Source: Candidatus Eiseniibacteriota bacterium | GTDB taxonomy: Bacteria > Eisenbacteria > RBG-16-71-46 | Assembly: GCA_963717505.1 (NCBI GenBank) | Contig: OY970342.1 | Location: forward strand, 768,001-832,000 | Length of the DNA: 64,000 nt | Reading direction: 5' to 3' | In this document: positions 58,733 to 64,000 of the stretch, one piece after another | How the letters are laid out: every line of letters begins with the position of its first letter | How positions within the stretch are numbered: position 1 is the first letter of the stretch | The notes under the pieces: model-generated | Told to the model about the DNA's origin: nothing | The model's input: only the letters and a program-made list of their open reading frames with translations | The model's database searches: none | Made by a program: the position numbers and the translations under genes

Positions 58733-59650
58733 TCAACGCAGGTAGTGCTTGTCCTTCTCCCCCGCCTTGATCGCGACCTTGAGCTGGTTGGCCTTCGGCG
58801 GAATCGGGCAGTTGTAGTGGTCCGAGTAGGCGCACGCCGGGTTGTAGGCCATATTGAAATCAATCACGAAATCGCCGCCAGGCAGCGCCACCGGATCGAT
58901 GTAGCGACCGACCCCGTAGGACTCCTTTCCACTCGTCTTGTCGCGGAAGAACACGCTGAAGTTCTTCTCGCCGACTCCCGGCTCCAGCAAACGAGAAGCT
59001 TCGAGACGGCACGACTTGCCCTCGACTTTGAAGTCGAACCACCCGACGCGCACCGCGCGGCGCAGGTTGCCGCGGGTCGACTGAATGATCACGGTGTCGG
59101 GGCTCGGGTTCGGAGTCAGTGGCAGCTCGAAGCGATACTCGAGGTCGGCTGGGAACCAATCCATGCCCTTGAAGTCGGCGTAGCGCGGACTCTTGGGGTC
59201 GAACACGATGATCCCGGGGAAGCGCTGGTGCGAGAGCCGCAGCGCATAGCGCCCGACGCTGATCCGGCTTGGCTCCACCATCCCCGAGCGCAGCGTGTCC
59301 TTGCCGGACACGAACGTCGCGCCTTCGTCGATCCCCTCGACACGGAACGAATCTCCGACCACGGTGACCCGCAGGTGCTGCGGCGCGATCGCCGGATCGT
59401 CGAGTTGCAGGTCGCTGCCCTTGGCGCTGCCAATGGTCAGCGACGTCTTGTTCTCGAAGTCGCGGCGGTCCACGGTCGCGAGGTACGAGGTCGGAGAAGT
59501 CTTGAGCCACTCGACTGTGTCGGTGCGGTCTTTCGCTATTGCCGCAAGGATCGAGTCCTGTTCAGCCTTGGATGGTTTCGCTTCGGCCGCGGCCGCAGGC
59601 AGCGCGATCGCGGCCAGCAGCAGTGTCGTCATGAGCCGGGTCGTGCGCAT
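58733..59650 (-). CDS. DUF1684 family exported protein
   Basis: Signal peptide; FRDKTSGKESYGVGRYI, IDFNMAYNPACAYSDHYNCPIPPKANQL...AGEK. Confidence 0.88.
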   Translation of the reverse strand: MRTTRLMTTLLLAAIALPAAAAEAKPSKAEQDSILAAIAKDRTDTVEWLKTSPTSYLATVDRRDFENKTSLTIGSAKGSDLQLDDPAIAPQHLRVTVVGDSFRVEGIDEGATFVSGKDTLRSGMVEPSRISVGRYALRLSHQRFPGIIVFDPKSPRYADFKGMDWFPADLEYRFELPLTPNPSPDTVIIQSTRGNLRRAVRVGWFDFKVEGKSCRLEASRLLEPGVGEKNFSVFFRDKTSGKESYGVGRYIDPVALPGGDFVIDFNMAYNPACAYSDHYNCPIPPKANQLKVAIKAGEKDKHYLR

Positions 59651-59682
59651 ACTTTGTTCTCCTGGGGTCCGGCCGGTCATCT

Positions 59683-61644
<1,962 letters not shown>

Positions 61645-61735
61645 GGCGAGTCTCCTGGGCGGATGCGCGACAAAGAGCCCGCAGTCTAGCAGGGCCCATG
61701 TCGAGTCGACCACGCCGGAGGCATGACCAAGACTC

Positions 61736-61751
61736 GTGGTCATATGACCAC
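61736..61751. promoter_or_regulatory. Perfect 16-bp palindrome, candidate operator upstream of acs
   Basis: GTGGTCATATGACCAC, with an extra ATGACCA half-site at 61723-61729. Confidence 0.55.
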
Positions 61752-61768
61752 CGCCTTGGGTCGAAGTG

Positions 61769-62263
61769 CTAGGGCATGCTGACGGCCGGCTTCACGGCCC
61801 CGCGATGACAGGTCGTGCAGTTGATCCCCGGTTTCTCGCTGTCGAGATTCGGAATCTTCGTAAGGCTGTCGTTGATCGCGTGCATGAACTTCCACATGTC
61901 GCGCGCCACCTGCTTCGGCCGCCGGTCTTCCTTCTCCCACTCACCGACCACGTGGCAGTGCTTGCAGCCGACGCCGAGGCTGCCGCCGAAGGCGATGTTC
62001 ATGATGCGCAGCATGCGCCCGGCGGGCATGCCTTTGAACACCCGGATGTCCTTGAACACGCTCTCGGCCGGCGCATTCTCGCGCCCGGCGATCTTCGCCA
62101 GCACGACCTTCATCAGGCTGTCGCGCTCGGCGGCGGCGGTGTCGCGGGGCGCCGCCGGCAGAGCGGGGTTGGCTGGGCTTTGTTGCGAGATGGTTTCGTC
62201 AGCGCTCAGCGCGAAGAGCGCGGCGAGCCCGACGGCGGCAACAGCGATGACCGGGCGGTTCAT
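61769..62263 (-). CDS. Di-heme c-type cytochrome (photosynthetic reaction-centre cytochrome c subunit-like fragment)
   Basis: Signal peptide; [32 protein letters not shown]. Confidence 0.82.
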   Translation of the reverse strand: MNRPVIAVAAVGLAALFALSADETISQQSPANPALPAAPRDTAAAERDSLMKVVLAKIAGRENAPAESVFKDIRVFKGMPAGRMLRIMNIAFGGSLGVGCKHCHVVGEWEKEDRRPKQVARDMWKFMHAINDSLTKIPNLDSEKPGINCTTCHRGAVKPAVSMP

Positions 62264-62288
62264 GACTCGACGGGCGAGCCCGGGCGGC

Positions 62289-63545
62289 CTACGCCCGCTC
62301 CTCCCACACCTTCGCGATCGCCACGATCACCTCGGCCGCCTTCTCCATGTCCTGCGCCGAAACCCATTCGAGGCGCGAGTGGAAGTTCTGCTCGCCGGCG
62401 AACACGTTCGGCGTCGGCAGGCCCATGAAACTCAGGCGCGACCCGTCGGTGCCGCCGCGGATCGGCTTCTCGCGCACTTCCAGGCCAATCCGGCGAATTG
62501 CCTCGCGGGCATTCTCCGCAATGTGCGGATCCCGATCGAGCACTTCCTTCATGTTGCGGTACGACTCCTTGACCTCGGTCTTCACCGTCACGCCCGCCCA
62601 CGCCGCCGCGGTCTCCTTTGCCAGCTTCTCGAGGAACGCTTCCTTCTCGTGCAACCCCGGGGTCGTGAAGTCACGGATCAGGAACTTGACCGAGGTCCGG
62701 TCGACAGCAGCCTCGACCACGTATGGGTGCACGAAGCCTTCGCGATCGCTCGTCCGCTCGGGCGACAGCCGATCCTTGGGCAGCCGGTTCACGAAGTCGG
62801 CGGCAACCTTGATCGAGTTGACCATCGTGTCCTTTGCGTAGCCCGGATGGGTGTTGCGGCCCTGAAAGGTCACGGTCATCGAGTCCGCCGAGAAGGTCTC
62901 GACTTCCAGCTCGCCGCGCTCACCGCCGTCCATGGTGTAGGCAGCCACGGCGCCGAACTTCTTGACGTCGAAGTAGGTGGGGCCGCCGCCGACTTCCTCG
63001 TCGGGTGTGAAGCCGATGCGAATCGCGCCGTGCGGAATCTCCGGGTGCTGCACGAGATACTCGGCGGCCGCGACGATCGCCGCTACACCCGACTTGTTGT
63101 CAGCGCCGAGCAGCGTGGTTCCCGACGCGGTCACGATGTCGTCGCCGATCCGCTCGCGCAGGTACGGATTCTCCGATACGCGCAGCACTGCGGTCGGATC
63201 ATCGGGCAGGACGATGTCGCCACCCTGCCAGTTGCGATGGACTATCGGCTTGACCCCGGCCCCGCTCATCTCGGGCGAGGTGTCGACGTGGGCGGCGAAG
63301 CCAATCACCGGCACGTTCTTCTTCTTGCTGGTCGCCGGGATGGTGGCCATGACGTAGCCATGTTCGTCGCGCACGACATCGGCCAGGCCAACTTCCTTGA
63401 GCTCAGCCGCGAGCTGGTCCAGCAGGACGAGTTGCTTGAGCGTGCTGGGGTAAGTCTTGGAGCCCTCGGCGGACTGGGTGTCGACGGTGACGTAGCGAAG
63501 GAAGCGCTCGAGCACGGAGGTCTTGAGCGATGTGGTGGTGGTCAT
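62289..63545 (-). CDS. pepT: Peptidase T (M20B tripeptidase)
   Basis: ERFLRYV.VDTQS, AHVDTSP, LLGADNKSG, FTPDEEVG, HPGYAK, IRGGTDG, NFHS. Confidence 0.95.
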   Translation of the reverse strand: MTTTTSLKTSVLERFLRYVTVDTQSAEGSKTYPSTLKQLVLLDQLAAELKEVGLADVVRDEHGYVMATIPATSKKKNVPVIGFAAHVDTSPEMSGAGVKPIVHRNWQGGDIVLPDDPTAVLRVSENPYLRERIGDDIVTASGTTLLGADNKSGVAAIVAAAEYLVQHPEIPHGAIRIGFTPDEEVGGGPTYFDVKKFGAVAAYTMDGGERGELEVETFSADSMTVTFQGRNTHPGYAKDTMVNSIKVAADFVNRLPKDRLSPERTSDREGFVHPYVVEAAVDRTSVKFLIRDFTTPGLHEKEAFLEKLAKETAAAWAGVTVKTEVKESYRNMKEVLDRDPHIAENAREAIRRIGLEVREKPIRGGTDGSRLSFMGLPTPNVFAGEQNFHSRLEWVSAQDMEKAAEVIVAIAKVWEERA

Positions 63546-63656
63546 GGCGAAGGCTCCTGGCAAGGGTCGCGTGGGTCGGAATCGACCCCGAACGATATCC
63601 GCGCGCCCTGTCGCCGGGCAACGTGGAGCGCCCCCCCAAGACCGGCGCCGGAAACC

Positions 63657-63688
63657 AAAAACCGCGCGCCCGTGAATCGGGCGCGCGG
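63657..63688 (-). terminator. Rho-independent terminator
   Basis: CCGCGCGCCCG-TGAAT-CGGGCGCGCGG preceded by AAAAA on the + strand (U-tract on the - strand). Confidence 0.8.
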
Positions 63689-63710
63689 CTCGGCCGAAAC
63701 TTGCTGGGAA

Positions 63711-64000
63711 CTAGCGCTTTTTCACTGTGAACTCGTTCCCCGAAACCTCGACCATGTAGTCCCTGATCCCGGCCTGCATCATCTTGGCGTTGATCTCCGC
63801 AGACAGCGCCGCGTCGGTCATCGCCCCAGGATTCGGGATCTCGACCTGGGTCTTGCGTCCGCCGGCGCTGATATCGAGCACCAGCTTTTCGGCGCCCGAG
63901 GGGTCCTTCATGCGCCGGACCTGCACGGTCTGGCCATCGCCACCCAGAGCCTTCCCGTCTTTGGTGAGCTGAAGTTCGATCGGCTCGGGCGCCGAATCCC
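63711..64000 (-). CDS. Hypothetical protein, 3' end (starts beyond the window)
   Basis: Open frame with host-like codon usage ending just before the terminator. Confidence 0.6.
   Translation of the reverse strand, partial: DSAPEPIELQLTKDGKALGGDGQTVQVRRMKDPSGAEKLVLDISAGGRKTQVEIPNPGAMTDAALSAEINAKMMQAGIRDYMVEVSGNEFTVKKR

Overview
High-GC diderm bacterial chromosome segment. Four secreted proteins with C-terminal FlgD-Ig/T9SS-like sorting domains suggest an FCB-superphylum lineage such as Ca. Eisenbacteria (inference). Most genes are housekeeping or envelope genes: SigK/RskA-type ECF pair, TPP-riboswitch thiamine uptake operon (SSS plus TonB receptor), surface-glycan modification cluster, mutY, DUF3798 ABC transporter with an inserted M28 peptidase, M14 peptidase, Ser/Thr kinase-ECF pair, moaA, murB, GH13, acs, pepT. 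Features not evident from the ORF track: (1) a DUF222-like/HNH nuclease ending in a RuvA-C-terminal-like domain, with internal repeated hairpins, a structured leader and an IS481-like end upstream; (2) an integrase-less integron cassette array (attC sites at 29336 and 30044); (3) a 73-aa CxxU Rdx/SelW-like selenoprotein with in-frame UGA and a SECIS-like hairpin; (4) a perfect 16-bp palindrome upstream of acs. Several frameshifts probably reflect sequencing errors. All calls are by eye; no searches were run.
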